Shown: positions 1 to 10,849 of the stretch, piece by piece | Layout of the letters: every line of letters starts with the position of its first letter | Position numbering within the stretch: position 1 is the stretch's first letter | NCBI RefSeq assembly: GCF_004010195.1 | Contig: NC_057720.1 | Coordinates: 16,849,399 to 16,869,398 of the forward strand | Origin: Chiloscyllium plagiosum | Taxonomy: Eukaryota | Direction: 5' to 3' | Length of the DNA: 20,000 bases | The notes under the pieces: generated by a model | The model's database searches: none | Seen by the model: the letters and a program-made list of their open reading frames with translations, nothing else | What the model was told of the DNA's origin: nothing | Made by a program: the position numbers and the translations under genes

Positions 1-106
1 GCCAGGAGAAATAAAATTAGGTGCTGACATTGACAGGATTGTGCCCTGTTGGACCCTGACGTCAGAACCTTCCACTGTTGTGGAAATAATTACTCAGCAG
101 TGATTG

Positions 107-974
107 ACCTGTATGGACTTGAGGAAGGTGTTTGACAAGGTTCCCCATGGTAGACTCGTTAACTAGGTTAGATGACATGTAATACGGGGACAGCTAGCCA
201 TTTGGATACAGAACTGGCTCGAAGGTAGAAGACAGAGGGTGATGGTGGAGGATTGCTTTTCAGACTGACCAGTGCGCCACAAGGATCGGTACTGGGTCCA
301 CTGCTTTTCATTATTTATATAAATGATTTTGATGTGAACATAGGAGGTATAGTTAGAGTTTGCAAATGTCCTCAAAATTGGCAGTGTAGTGGACAGCGAA
401 GAAGGTTACCTCAGAATACAGCGGGATCTTGATTAGATGAGCTGAAAATGTGTTGCTGGAAAAGCGCAGCAGGTCAGGCAGCATCCAGGGAACAGGAGAA
501 TCGACGTTTCGGGCATAAGCCCTTCTTCTTAGATGAGCCAATCCGTGAGTGGCAGATGGAGTTTAATTTTGATAAATGTGAAGCGCTGCATTATGGAAAG
601 GCAAATCAGGACATGATTTATACACTTACTGGTAAGATCATGGGGAGTGTTGTTGAACAAAGAGACCTTGGGGTGCAGCTTTACAGTTACTTGAATGTAG
701 AGTCGCAGGTAGATAGGGTAGTGAGGAAGGCTTTTGGTATGCTTGGCTTTGTCGGTCAGAACATTGAGTATATGAGTTAGGAGGTCATGTTGTAGCTGAA
801 CAGGACATTGGTTAGGCCACTTTTGGAATATTGTGTGCAGTTCTGGTCTCCCTCCCATAGGATGGATTTTGTGAAACTTGAAAGAGTTCTGAAAAGATTT
901 ACGAGGATATTGCTGGGATTGGAGGATTTGAGCTATAGGGACAGGCTGAATAGGCTGGAGTGTTGGAGGCTGAG
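107..974 (+). mobile_element. Degenerate CR1/HER1-type LINE ORF2 (RT) fragment, 5' part; interrupted at 443-528 and at ~975
   Basis: Translated pieces REWQMEFNFDKCEALHYGK, EQRDLGVQ and VRPLLEYCVQFWSP are typical of the CR1 ORF2 C-terminus; stops and frameshifts present. Confidence 0.9.
443..528 (-). mobile_element. 86-bp Penelope-like terminal fragment inserted in CR1 with a 10-bp TSD
   Basis: TTAGATGAGC at 433-442 and 529-538. The minus strand reads GAAGAAGGGCTTATGCCCGAAACGTCGATT...GATGCTGCCTGACCTGCTG, homologous to 5626-5700. Confidence 0.85.
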
Positions 975-1966
975 CCTCACTCTCTGCAACTGGATCCTCA
1001 GTTTCCTGACCTACAGGCCACAAACAGTGAAGATTGGGGACAATATTTCATCCTCACTAACACTCAACACTGGAGCCCTCCAAGGGTGTATACTCAGCAC
1101 TACTGTAGTCACTGTATATCCATGACTGCATCACCAAATACCAGACTAATGCAATTTACAAGTTCGCTGATGACACCACTATAGTCAGTCGAATCTCAGA
1201 CGACGACAAAACAGACGACAGGTGGGAGGTGGAAGACTTGGAAAAATGGTGCACTGAGAAGAACCTAGCTCTCAATGTTGGCAAAACCAAGGATTTTTTG
1301 CGGAATTTTACTCATGCCTCTCGACACATTAACAGCACAGAGGTGGAACAAGTGTCAAGCTCCTGGGAGTGGTCATCCACAACAAGCTTTCTTGAACTCT
1401 TCATGTGGATGCAACAATGTCTCATCTTCCTCAGACGGCTGAGGAAATTTGGCATGATGGCGAATGCCCTTGCCAACATTTATAGGTGTGCCATCTAGAG
1501 CATTCTATCTGGATGTATCACGACCTGGTATGGCAACTGTACCATTCAAGATCAGAGACAGTTACAGAACTCGGCCCGGACAATCACAAAGCCAACCTCC
1601 CATTGACAGAATCCATCTACCAGGCCCGCTGTCAAGAAAAGACTGCCAGCATTCTCAAAGATCCATCCCACCCTGGCAATGCTTTTCTCCAACCTCTACC
1701 ATTGGGGAGAAGGTACAGAAGCCTGAACACATGCACCAGCTGGTTTCATAACAGTTTCCACCCGACTGTTGTTAGAATACTGAATGGACTCACAAACTCT
1801 TAACATTCACCTGTACCTATGTTTTTGTTTTTGCCGCTGTTTACCTATTATTTACTTATCTATGCTACTTAACTCTGTGATCTGCCTGTATTGCTCACAA
1901 GGCAAAGCTTTTCACTGTGCCTCGGTACACGTGACAATAAATTCAATTCAATTCAATTCAATTCAA
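975..1966 (+). mobile_element. 5'-truncated Rex1/Babar-like LINE nested in CR1, ending in an (ATTCA)5 tail
   Basis: LCNWILSFLTYRPQTVKIGDNISSSLTLNTGALQGC, KFADDTT (~1159-1179), FLRRLRKFG, LPLGRRYRSL. AATAAA is followed by ATTCA x5 at 1941-1965, and CR1 resumes at 1967. Confidence 0.85.
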
Positions 1967-2338
1967 GCGTGACCTTATGGAGGTTTATAAAATAATGAAG
2001 GGCATGGATAGGGTAAATAGCCAAGGTCTTTTCCCTACAGTGGGGGAATCCAGAACTAGAGGGCATAGGTTTAGGGTGAGAGTGGCAAACTTAAAAAGGA
2101 CCTAAAGGGCAATTTTTTCATGCACAGGGTGGAGTGTGTTTGGAATGAGCTGCCAGAGGAAGTGGTGGAGGCTTGGGCCAATTACAACACTTCAAAGGCA
2201 TTTGGATGGTTATATAACTTGGAAGGGTTCAGACGGATCTGGGCCAAGTGCTGGCAGATGAGACTGGATTAATTTAGGATATCTGGTGGGTATGGACAAG
2301 TTGAACCAAAGGATCTGTTTTCCTGCTGTATTCTGTGA
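1967..2338 (+). mobile_element. CR1/HER1 LINE 3' end (continuation of 107-974)
   Basis: GTGACCTTATGGAGGTTTATAAAATAATG...AGAACTAGAGGGCATAGGTTT is colinear with the intact junction in the copy at 12355-12480. Confidence 0.9.
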
Positions 2339-2545
2339 TCCCAATTTGACAATGAGTGGCTGGAGGAAAGGCATGCCACCTAATTAAGGCAAGCTCGCAT
2401 CACTAGAGGACCAAAAATAGGCCCTTCAGCACTGAAGAAAGTGCATGCTCCTTTTTCAGGTAGGGGAAGGGTGGAATTTTGAGGCACCTCTCTCCACCAA
2501 TTTATGGTTTACTGTAGTTGTGGCTGTGTTCGCTGAGCTGGGAAG

Positions 2546-2853
2546 ATTAGATTCCCTACAGTGTGGAAACAGGCCCTTCAGTCCAACAAGTCCACACCAT
2601 CCCTTCGAAGAGTAACCCACCCAGACCCATTCCCCTACTCCTTACTAATGCACCTATCACTATGGGCAATTTAGCATAGCCAATTCACCTGACCTGCACA
2701 TCTTTGGACTGTGGGAGGAAAATGGAGCACCCAGAGGAAACCCACACAGACACAGGGAGAATGTGCAAACTCCACACAGATAGTCGCCCGAGGCTGGAAT
2801 CGAACCTGAGTTCCTGGTGCTGCGAGGCAGCAGTGCTAACCACTAAGCCACCG
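2546..2853 (-). mobile_element. tRNA-derived V-SINE (shark HE1-like)
   Basis: Minus strand has the tRNA head GGTGGCTTAGTGGTTAGCAC...GGTTCGATTCC, the V-domain TGTGGAGTTTGCACATTCTCCC, and a TCTAA-repeat tail. Confidence 0.88.
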
Positions 2854-2860
2854 TTGATTT

Positions 2861-2900
2861 GCAGACATTTCGTCCCCTGTCTAGATGACATCTTCAGTCC
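2861..2900 (-). ncRNA. Minimal type-I hammerhead motif, partly decayed
   Basis: Minus strand: CTGAAGA-T-GTCATCTAGACAGGGGAC-GAAA-TG-TC. Helix III CG appears decayed to TG. Confidence 0.65.
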
Positions 2901-3503
2901 TTTGGAGCCTCCTGTGAAGCGCTGCTGTACTATGTCTTATGGAATTTATTTGGTCCCATTTCTGCTGCTTCCGGTTTCTGGTTCCGGTTGGTTGTTGTCG
3001 TGGCCGGTACATTGGGTCTAGGTTCAGGTGTTTGTTGATGGAATCTGTGAATAGGTGCCATGCTTCTCGAAATTCTCTGACTGTCCTCTGTTTAGTTTAT
3101 CCTATGATCGTTGTGTTGTCTCAATCGAATTTGTGGTCCATGTCATCTGTGTCTATGGCTCCTAGGGGCAGCTGATTGTGACGTTTCGTGGATCGGATTG
3201 GTGTTCGTGGATGCAGATTGCTAGTTATCTGTCTGTTTGTCCCATATAATGTTTTGTGCAGTCTTTACATGGAATCTTGTAAATTATGTTAGTCTTATAC
3301 ATGATGAGTATAGAGTCTTTTGCTCTGGTGAGTTGTTGTCGGAGTGTGGCTGTCAGTTTATGGGCTGTCATGAATCTGAGTGGTCGGAGAAGTCTGGCTG
3401 TTAGTTCCAAAATGATTTTTATTTGAGGTAGTGTGGCTCATAGCACATTCTCATTGCATTGTTTGTTTGGCATCTGCAGTTGAAGTTGCGGGGAATATCC
3501 GTT

Positions 3504-3800
3504 TAGATTAGATTCCCTACAGTGTGGAAACAGGCCCTTCGGCCCAACCAGTCCACACTGACCCTCCAAAGAGTAACCCACCCAGACCCATTTCCCTCTG
3601 TCTAATGCACCTAATGCTATGGGCAATTTAGTATGGCTAGTTCACCTGACCTGCACATCTTTGGATTGTGGGAGGAAACCTGCACAGACATGGGGAGAAT
3701 GTGCAAACTCCACACAAACAGTCACCCAAGGGTGGAATCGAACCTGGGACCCTGGTGCTGTAAGGCAGCAGTGTTAGCCACTGAGCCACCATGCTGCCCT
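3504..3800 (-). mobile_element. V-SINE (HE1-like), second copy
   Basis: Homologous to 2546-2853; splits the PLE coding sequence. Confidence 0.88.
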
Positions 3801-4273
3801 ACTTGGTGAAGGTTATGTAGAGGTGTTCTTCTCTTCACAGATCAGAAGTACTGCAGTGTGTTGTAGGTCTTTTGAACAGGGTCCTAATGCAGCTTCTCTT
3901 GTGTGTGTTCAGGTGGTTGAATTTGTAGTTTAGGATCTGATCCGTGTATGTGTGGCTTTTGTGTACACTCTTGTAGTGCATTCACTATTCTGTGTTCTAC
4001 CCACAATCACATCCAGGAATGGGAGTTTGCTGTTGATTTCCTCCTTTCTCATAAATTTGATCCCTGTGAATGTGGTGTTGATAATCTGATACATGTTCTG
4101 GATCTCTGACCTCTTAATAATTACAAAAATGTCACCCACATATCTGATCCAAAGTTTGGGTTTGTGGGAGGGTAGTTTGTTCCAATCTTTGCATCACTGC
4201 TTTTGCTATGATCCTGGAGATGAGTGAGCCCATAGTTGTCCCATTGATCTGTTCAGTTATTTGATTGTTGAAC

Positions 4274-4697
4274 AGACCAGATCCTGAACTATAACAGCAA
4301 CCACCCGACACACTGCAGCACACCCAACCTACAATGAGAAGAAGAACATCTCCACAGTCTTCACCAAGAACGGATATCCCCGCAAATTCATCTGCAGATG
4401 CTTAACAGACAAACAATGCAACGAGGACATGCCACAACCCAACACATGAGCCATACTACCTTATATAAAAACCGTCTCGGACCTAACAGCCAGACTTCTC
4501 TGCCCACTCAGATTCATGACAACCCATAAACTGACAGCCACACTCAGACAACAACTCACCAGAGCAAAAGACCCTATACCCATCATGCACAAGGCTAATG
4601 TAATTTACAAGATTCTATGTAAAGACTACACAAAACACTATATAGGATCAACAGACTGGCAACGAGCAAACCACATTCACAAACACCAATTAGTCAA
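4274..4697 (+). mobile_element. Inverted partial copy of the Poseidon-like PLE (thumb to GIY-YIG region)
   Basis: DQILNYNSNHP...KNGYP...LTARLL...NVIYKILCKDYTKHYIGST mirrors minus-strand 3225-3950. Confidence 0.85.
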
Positions 4698-4734
4698 TTG
4701 ACTAATTGACACCAATTAGTCAAACATGGTGTTT

Positions 4735-5712
4735 GACCTCTCCATCTCCATCAGTGACGACCGACTTGACACTGACATTTTTTACAAACCCACCGACTCC
4801 CACAGCTACCTGGATTACACCTCTTCCCACCCTATCTCTTGCAAAAATGACATCCTGTATTCCCAATTCCTCCGCCTCCGCCGTATCTGCTCCCAGGAGG
4901 ACCAGTTCCACCACAGAACACACCAGATGGCCTCCTTCTTTAGAGACCGCAATTTCCTTTCCCACGTGGTTAAAGATGCCCTCCAACGCATCTCATCCAC
5001 ATCCCGCACCTCCGCCCTCAGACCAAACCCCTCCAACCGCAACAAGGACAGAACCCCCCTGCTCCTCACCTTCCACCCTACCAACCTNNNNNNNNNNNNN
5101 NNNNNNNNNNNNNNNNNNNNNNNNNNNNNNNNNNNNNNNNNNNNNNNNNNNNNNNNNNNNNNNNNNNNNNNNNNNNNNNNNNNNNNNNNNNNNNNNNNNN
5201 NNNNNNNNNNNNNNNNNNNNNNNNNNNNNNNNNNNNNNNNNNNNNNNNNNNNNNNNNNNNNNNNNNNNNNNNNNNNNNNNNNNNNNNNNNNNNNNNNNNN
5301 NNNNNNNNNNNNNNNNNNNNNNNNNNNNNNNNNNNNNNNNNNNNNNNNNNNNNNNNNNNNNNNNNNNNNNNNNNAACAGTTTCCTCATTTCCCGTTCCCC
5401 CACCTCATCCTAGCTTCTAACCTCCAGAAACTCGATCCCCTGACCTGTCCGGACTTGTCCGACCTGCCCAGCTCCTTTTCCACCTATCCACTCCACCCTC
5501 TCCTCCCTGACCTATCACCTTCATCTCCTTCCCCACTGACCTATTGTACTCTATGCTACTCTCTCCCCATCCCCCCCCTCCTCTAGCTTATCTCTCCACG
5601 CTTCAGGCTCTCTGCCTTTATTCCTGATGAAGGGCTTTTGCCCGAAACGTCGATTTTGCCTGTCCTTGGATGCTGCCTGAATTGCTGTGCTCTTCCAGCA
5701 TCACTGATCCAG
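4735..5712 (+). mobile_element. Penelope/Neptune-like element 3' portion (assembly gap at 5088-5374)
   Basis: DLSISISDDRLDTDIFYKPTDSHSYLDYTSSHP...YSQFLRLRRICS is the PLE RT C-terminus and thumb; it is followed by a pyrimidine-rich 3' region and an HHR. Confidence 0.9.
5618..5657 (+). ncRNA. Minimal type-I hammerhead ribozyme with canonical core
   Basis: CTGATGA(5624-5630)-A-GGGC-TTTT-GCCC-GAAA(5644-5647)-CG-TC; predicted cleavage after C5651; helix I is weak. Confidence 0.8.
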
Positions 5713-6023
5713 AGCATGATATTCTGAGCCCACTTGTCGCATGCGTACACTCAATGGGGCTAAAAAATACAATTTTTTGAGTCAAATTTCCTTTCTCCTG
5801 TCAGAAAGTGTTTAGATCAGGACTTTTACTTGTCCTTCTAACTCTGCTATGTTCCTAACCCAGATTTCCAGTGACATATGCTGCAGCATAAAAAGTGAGT
5901 TAAACCATTTAAAGAGAAAAGAAGAATTCCAAAATAAAATCTGTGGAGTTTTTATGTCCGTATTCAAGTTAAAATGAGTCATAAAAAAGATGAACAGAAC
6001 TCCAGGTTTTTGCCAATCTGTGA

Positions 6024-6588
6024 TGTGGGGGTGCCGCTATTAGACTAGGGTGGACAAAGTTAAAATCACACAACACCAGGTTATAGTGCAACAGGTTTAT
6101 TTGGAAATACCAGCTTTCAGACTCAAGGCTTTATGAAAAAATAGGTGACATCTCAGCTCAAACAATGCAGGCAGTCAATCCATGTAATATTTTATAAATT
6201 TCTACTTTGGAAATAGAATCAGTCTGACTCAAGATTGGGATACAGACAGATCTAACCTCATATCTTCAGTGCATTGTCTGAGCTGAGATGTCACCTTTTT
6301 GTAGAAAACCTTAAGCTATCTTGAGAATGTGACTTAAAAGAAGTTCTGGGATTTACATATTGATGAAGCAAAACCTGCAACCCATTCTAAAAGATTAAAG
6401 ACTTAATAGCAATCTAGGTTTATTCAATATATCATTTCAGTTGTATGACACTGTCATCTTTTGCTATAAATTCTGTCTCTTATGATCCTGTTCCAAAGCT
6501 ACCTGATGAAGGAGCAGCGCTCCAAAAGCTCGTGCTTCCAAATAAACCTGTTGGACTATAACCTGGTGTTGTATGATTTTTTAACTTT
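6024..6588. mobile_element. Non-coding PLE-derived fold-back element with inverted termini and a decayed HHR
   Basis: 6056-6117 is an inverted repeat of 6525-6588, and 6137-6169 of 6270-6300. HHR motif CTGATGA-A-GGAGC-AGC-GCTCC-AAAA-GCTC at 6503-6531. Putative TSD 6009-6023/6586-6600. Confidence 0.75.
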
Positions 6589-7308
6589 ACCAATTTATGA
6601 CACTGACTGAATGTTTAAAATATGCACAAGCAAAGTTAAACATGAAAATGCAGAAGTTGCTGTCCAAAAGTCTATGCTTCTCTAAAGGGTGCATACCCTA
6701 CACATTTCAACCAAACTGAAATCACTGAACTGATGAGAATTTGCCCTATTATGCTGTTTGTCTGACCATAAAAAGTTATGCCTTGTTAAATGAGGCATAA
6801 CAGGTCTATTAAAGGCATGCTAAGTTCAAAATTACTTATCTAAAATCTTTATGTTTCTGAAACTGATTTCATATTGGTGAAATGTTGAATTTCTCCATTA
6901 GGTAAAAAAATTCAACTTTTTAAAGAAAGTTTGTAAAATTTCTTTTTAATATTTCAGTTTCAACCTTAATCCCATTTGTATATATGAATCATTTATTTTG
7001 CTTTCTAGAACGTGTAATAGAAAGTGAAGGATAATAAATACACTTGATTCCTAGTTAACATATAAAATCAGAACTAGGTAGTTACGAAGCAAAATGCTAT
7101 TTGAATCAATTATAGGCATGCCTTTTGCATTGCATACAGTTCTTCTTAGTGCAATTCACTTGTGCTCAACAAAATAGTGTAATATCATAGGGATGTTCAT
7201 TCTACAAACTTTGGCTTTCAGCACAAACTACCAGTGATAGTGTTGACAAAGATGAAAATAGGGGGATGCTTTAAATATAATCTATTCTATTCAATTTCTG
7301 CTGTACTT

Positions 7309-7680
7309 ATAGAGTCATAGAGTCATAGAGATGTGCAACAGGGAAACAGATCTTTCAGTACAATTCATCCATGTCAACCAGATATCCTAAATTAATCTAG
7401 TCCCATTTGCCAGCACTTGGCCCATATCCCTCCAAAACCTTCCTATTCATATACTCATCCAAATGCCTTTTAAATATTGTAATTGCACCAGCCTCCATCA
7501 CTTCCTCTAGCAGTTAATTCCATACATGGACCATCCTTTGCATAAGAAAGTTGCCCCGAAGATCCCTTTTAAATCTTTTCCCTCTCACCTTAAACCTATG
7601 CCCTCTTGGTCTGGACTCCCCCACCCCAGGGAAAAGACTTTGTCTATTTACTCTATCCATACTTCTCATGATTTTAAAAA
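7309..7680 (-). mobile_element. CR1/HER1 LINE 3' fragment
   Basis: Minus-strand VFKIMRSMDRVNRQSLFPGVGESRPRGHRFKV; ATAGAGTC tail repeats at 7309-7330. Confidence 0.9.
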
Positions 7681-7924
7681 CATCTAGAAAAGACACACGA
7701 TCAGGCAATGCAAAAACTGCCAAATTAGAAGTAGTTATATATAAGCACTGATAAATCAGATTTTTAAAATACCATAATTATATCTTCTCATTAAGACTAT
7801 TTTTCTTAATTGGAAACAACAAAGATCTTTTGTTCTTTTTCAATTAGGTGCAAGGAATCCTACCTATTGTAAACAAAACAAAAAACCTGGGACATTTGTC
7901 ACATAACTCATTGATCCATAACAA

Positions 7925-8260
7925 CATGATAAATCATAGCAGGAGTAGACCACTTGACCCGTCAAGCCTCCTGTATCTTTCAATAAAATTGTCGCTAATC
8001 TTCCATTTCAATTCCATGTACCCTACTCTCAATCTCTTGAATCGATTAGTGTCTGAAATCTATCAGTCTCAATCGAATCTATTCAATGACTGAACAATCC
8101 CACAGTTCTCTGAGATAGAAAACTCCATAAATCCATAACTGAAAAAGTTTCTCCTAATCTCAATCCTAAATGGTTCATCCTGAGACTTTGAATCCTAGTT
8201 CTAGACTTTCCAGTCAAGGGAAACAGCTTGTCAGTATTCACCCTGTCAAGTCCTCTAATA
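7925..8260 (-). mobile_element. Old CR1-like 3' fragment
   Basis: Diverged similarity to the CR1 end (CTTGACAGGGTGAAT...GTCTAGAACTAGG on the minus strand). Confidence 0.55.
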
Positions 8261-8518
8261 CATTACTAAAGGAACTTATGCTTCCAGAATTGTCAACGAT
8301 AAGAACAGAACCCGAATATGTTGCCCACAGTAATATATTGACCCTGTAAAATTGACAAGTATGGAGATGTTAAAGAGATGTTTTGGAAATGGGGCTGGAT
8401 TTTCATCTTTGAGACAAGAATTAGGAGTTGGGACATTTCCAGATGTTGCATCTAATTTATCTAATTCCTGTTTGTGGCTGTTGACACTGTTTTCATTTGT
8501 TTTCTATTTTCCATCTAG

Positions 8519-8680
8519 TTGGTTTGGACATTCAGCAGAAGTATTCAGTCTTTTATTCAGGGCCAAAGAGGTTTGGAGCTCATATTGTTCATGAAAAGTC
8601 TGATGTACAGCAGTCGCAATCAGCTGAACAGAAAAGGACAGCAAGTCCATTAATGTTTCCCACTATTAATGCAGTTCAGG
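8519..8680 (+). CDS. HFM1: HFM1 exon (end of SEC63 domain): VGLDIQQKYSVFYSGPKRFG...
   Basis: Pyrimidine tract + TAG at 8516-8518; donor G|GTATGT at 8681; phase 1/1. Matches recalled human HFM1 VGLDIQQKLTVFYLEPKRFG. Confidence 0.92.
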
Positions 8681-9009
8681 GTATGTTTTGATTAATTCTT
8701 TGAATCATTGTAAAAATGATATAAATAATGAATTTCTATGGCGGGGAGGATATCCTTTTATGTCTAATTGTTTGGGTTGCGAGGGCTGAGAGCAGAATTG
8801 TCTTTTGACAAGACTCTGCAGAGAATTATTCCTTCAAAGCTGTGCTAACTATTAATTTTTTGAACAGTTAGTATGTTCTCCATTTGAGTCATTGAAGTTG
8901 TTTAATAGTTACTTTCTCTTCGTTGCCTGGAGGCATCTGGAGCAGTACCTGTAAGAGCATTCCAAAGAGTGAAGGCAACTAAGTTTTATCTGGCAGAGGG
9001 AAATATAAT

Positions 9010-9375
9010 TCAAGAACACAGAAAAATATAGCACAGGAACATTCCCTTCAGCCCAATATGTCTGCATCGACCAGAATGTAACTCTAAATGAATCCTATCT
9101 GCCTGCAATAGTCTGTATCCCTCTATTTCGTGCCTCTCCATGTGTCTGCCTAAATACCTCTTAAATGTTACAATCGTCCCTGCTTCTACCATCTCATCTG
9201 GCAGCACATTCCTACCACCCTCTGCATAAAATAACTTGTCTCACACATCTCTTCGAAATTTTCCCCCTCTCACTTTAAATCTATGTCCCTTAGTATTTGA
9301 TATTTTCATCCTATGAATGCCACTCAAAGTTTTATATACTTGCATCAGGTTGCCCCTCAGCCTCCAACACTCTAG
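9010..9375 (-). mobile_element. Diverged CR1 3' fragment
   Basis: Minus-strand LPDEMVEAGTIVTFKRYLGRHM is the CR1 ORF2 terminus. Confidence 0.8.
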
Positions 9376-9729
9376 ATTAAGAGCAGCAGAAAACCCAATT
9401 GTTTCTCAATTAACCACCTAAGTACCACAGCAAATCCCAAAAACTGTCTCTTGTTCTCCTCCAAAGACGCAATGTCCTAATTCCACAAATACCCAGCAAA
9501 AAAAAAACTACTTAGCATATACATATTACTACCTAACTGTACAAATTATTTAATAACCTGTTAACCAAATCATTCTGGCAAATTAGTGCTGGACTTCCTC
9601 CAAGGTAAAATGTACTGAATTCTGGATAGTATTCCAGATAGTGTCTAACAAAGCTCCTGGGCTACTGATGCATTATTTAGTGCTTTTGTATTCCAACTCA
9701 TTATTATTCAGTTATATGGATATACTCAA

Positions 9730-10745
9730 AGTTGGGATTATTTTTAGAGAAGATAGATTAAGGGAAAATTGAAAAGATTTTTAAGGTGTTCAAAATTTTA
9801 AGGGATTTTATTAGATTACACAGGAAGAAACAGCTTCCATTGAAAAGTAGATCCATAACCAGAAGGTGGGTATCTAATTCCCTAAAAGCCAAATGGGTGA
9901 TGCTGCAAAGCTAGTCCTTTATTCTAAAAGCTGTACCTTTACTCAAGGATACTGTGTCCTTGGTCTTTATCAGAGGGGTCGTAAAACATTCTGGGCTCCG
10001 AAATAACTGGTTTGATATGGAGATGAAAGGGTTTACTGAGAGGCCTTTTTGTTTATACATAAACAGATGAGACTTGAGGCCAAAGCTTTCATGTTTTAGG
10101 AGTAACCTGTATAATGAAAGGGGAGTGGTCAGTCCTAGAAGCTAAAGTCTTGTTTGAGTCAGTTCAGCGGTGGGCTGTGTGGAAACAGGCTGCTGTACTC
10201 TCTCTCCTTCTGCCCTTCTGACTTCGCCCTGTAAGCCTTTGTCTCATTTTTGCTCTGTGTTTAAGGGGTTTGTTTATTGGGACTGTTGTTTATTTTCAGA
10301 ACAGCATAATTAAGTCTAACTTGGATAAGACTGAGTTCAGTAGATATTCAATGTTCTGTTCTTTGTGTTTCATCCTGTAATTTTGTGAATAAATGTTTCT
10401 CTGTTTTAAATCCTGATAGTCAACCTAGCTAACTTACTCCAGGTAATTTTCACTGTACACTTAGCAAAACAAATAGCAAAGTTATGATCTGGGCTGCCTG
10501 CATAAGAAGGTTTTGAGTGATTTGACCTAGTCCATAACAGTGAAGAGAAAAGTTTAGGTTGTTGTTATGCTCTGGAAGACATTGTGTGCAAGGATTATAG
10601 AAGCAGATTTAATGTCCTAAAAAATAAAACATTTCAGGATTATGAAGAAAATGTAATGTGCTCATACCATACTTCTTTCAAATATCCATGCATGCACAAT
10701 GGGCCAAATGGCATCCTTTTATGATCTGTAATTCTATGATTCTGT
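9730..10745 (+). mobile_element. Old CR1-like 3' fragment split by the solo LTR
   Basis: AGAGAAGATAGATTAAGGGAAAATTTG-like start followed by GGTGTTCAAAAT; after the LTR, GGTTGTTGTTATGCTCTGGAA and a TCTATGATTCT tail. Confidence 0.55.
9901..10539 (+). mobile_element. Solo LTR (Gypsy/ERV-like), 639 bp
   Basis: Starts TG (9901) and ends CA (10539); 4-bp TSD GTGA at 9897-9900 and 10540-10543; AATAAA at 10388-10393. Confidence 0.7.
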
Positions 10746-10849
10746 CTGAGATCACTTATGATAAAGGCCAATGTTATATTAGATTTTTTTCATTGACTTT
10801 TAAACCTGCATCTTAACTTTTAGTGTACTCTGAAATCCGTTTGCTCCTC

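Larger units (their letters stand above)
2510..4273 (-). mobile_element. Degenerate Penelope/Poseidon-like element (RT + GIY-YIG + terminal repeat with HHR), interrupted by two SINEs
   Basis: Minus-strand peptides QINGTTMGSLIS, YVGDIFVI (degenerate YVDD), KLPFLDVIV...VYTKATHT and NIIYKIPCKDCTKHYMGQT (GIY-YIG). Confidence 0.88.

Noticed and set aside
1941..1965. (ATTCA)5 and other short tandem repeats
   Set aside because: LINE/SINE 3' tails; not CRISPR or satellite arrays.
2780..2853. tRNA-like A/B boxes (also near 3730-3800 and 18165-18230)
   Set aside because: These are SINE heads, not tRNA genes.
4706..5586. Long ORFs (235-286 aa) in the ORF track
   Set aside because: They are inflated by the N gap at 5088-5374; only the PLE thumb segment is real.
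5713..8518. Searched for the preceding HFM1 SEC63 exon; acceptor-like sites near 7008 and 7847
   Set aside because: No reading frame resembles HFM1; the upstream exon probably lies before the window.
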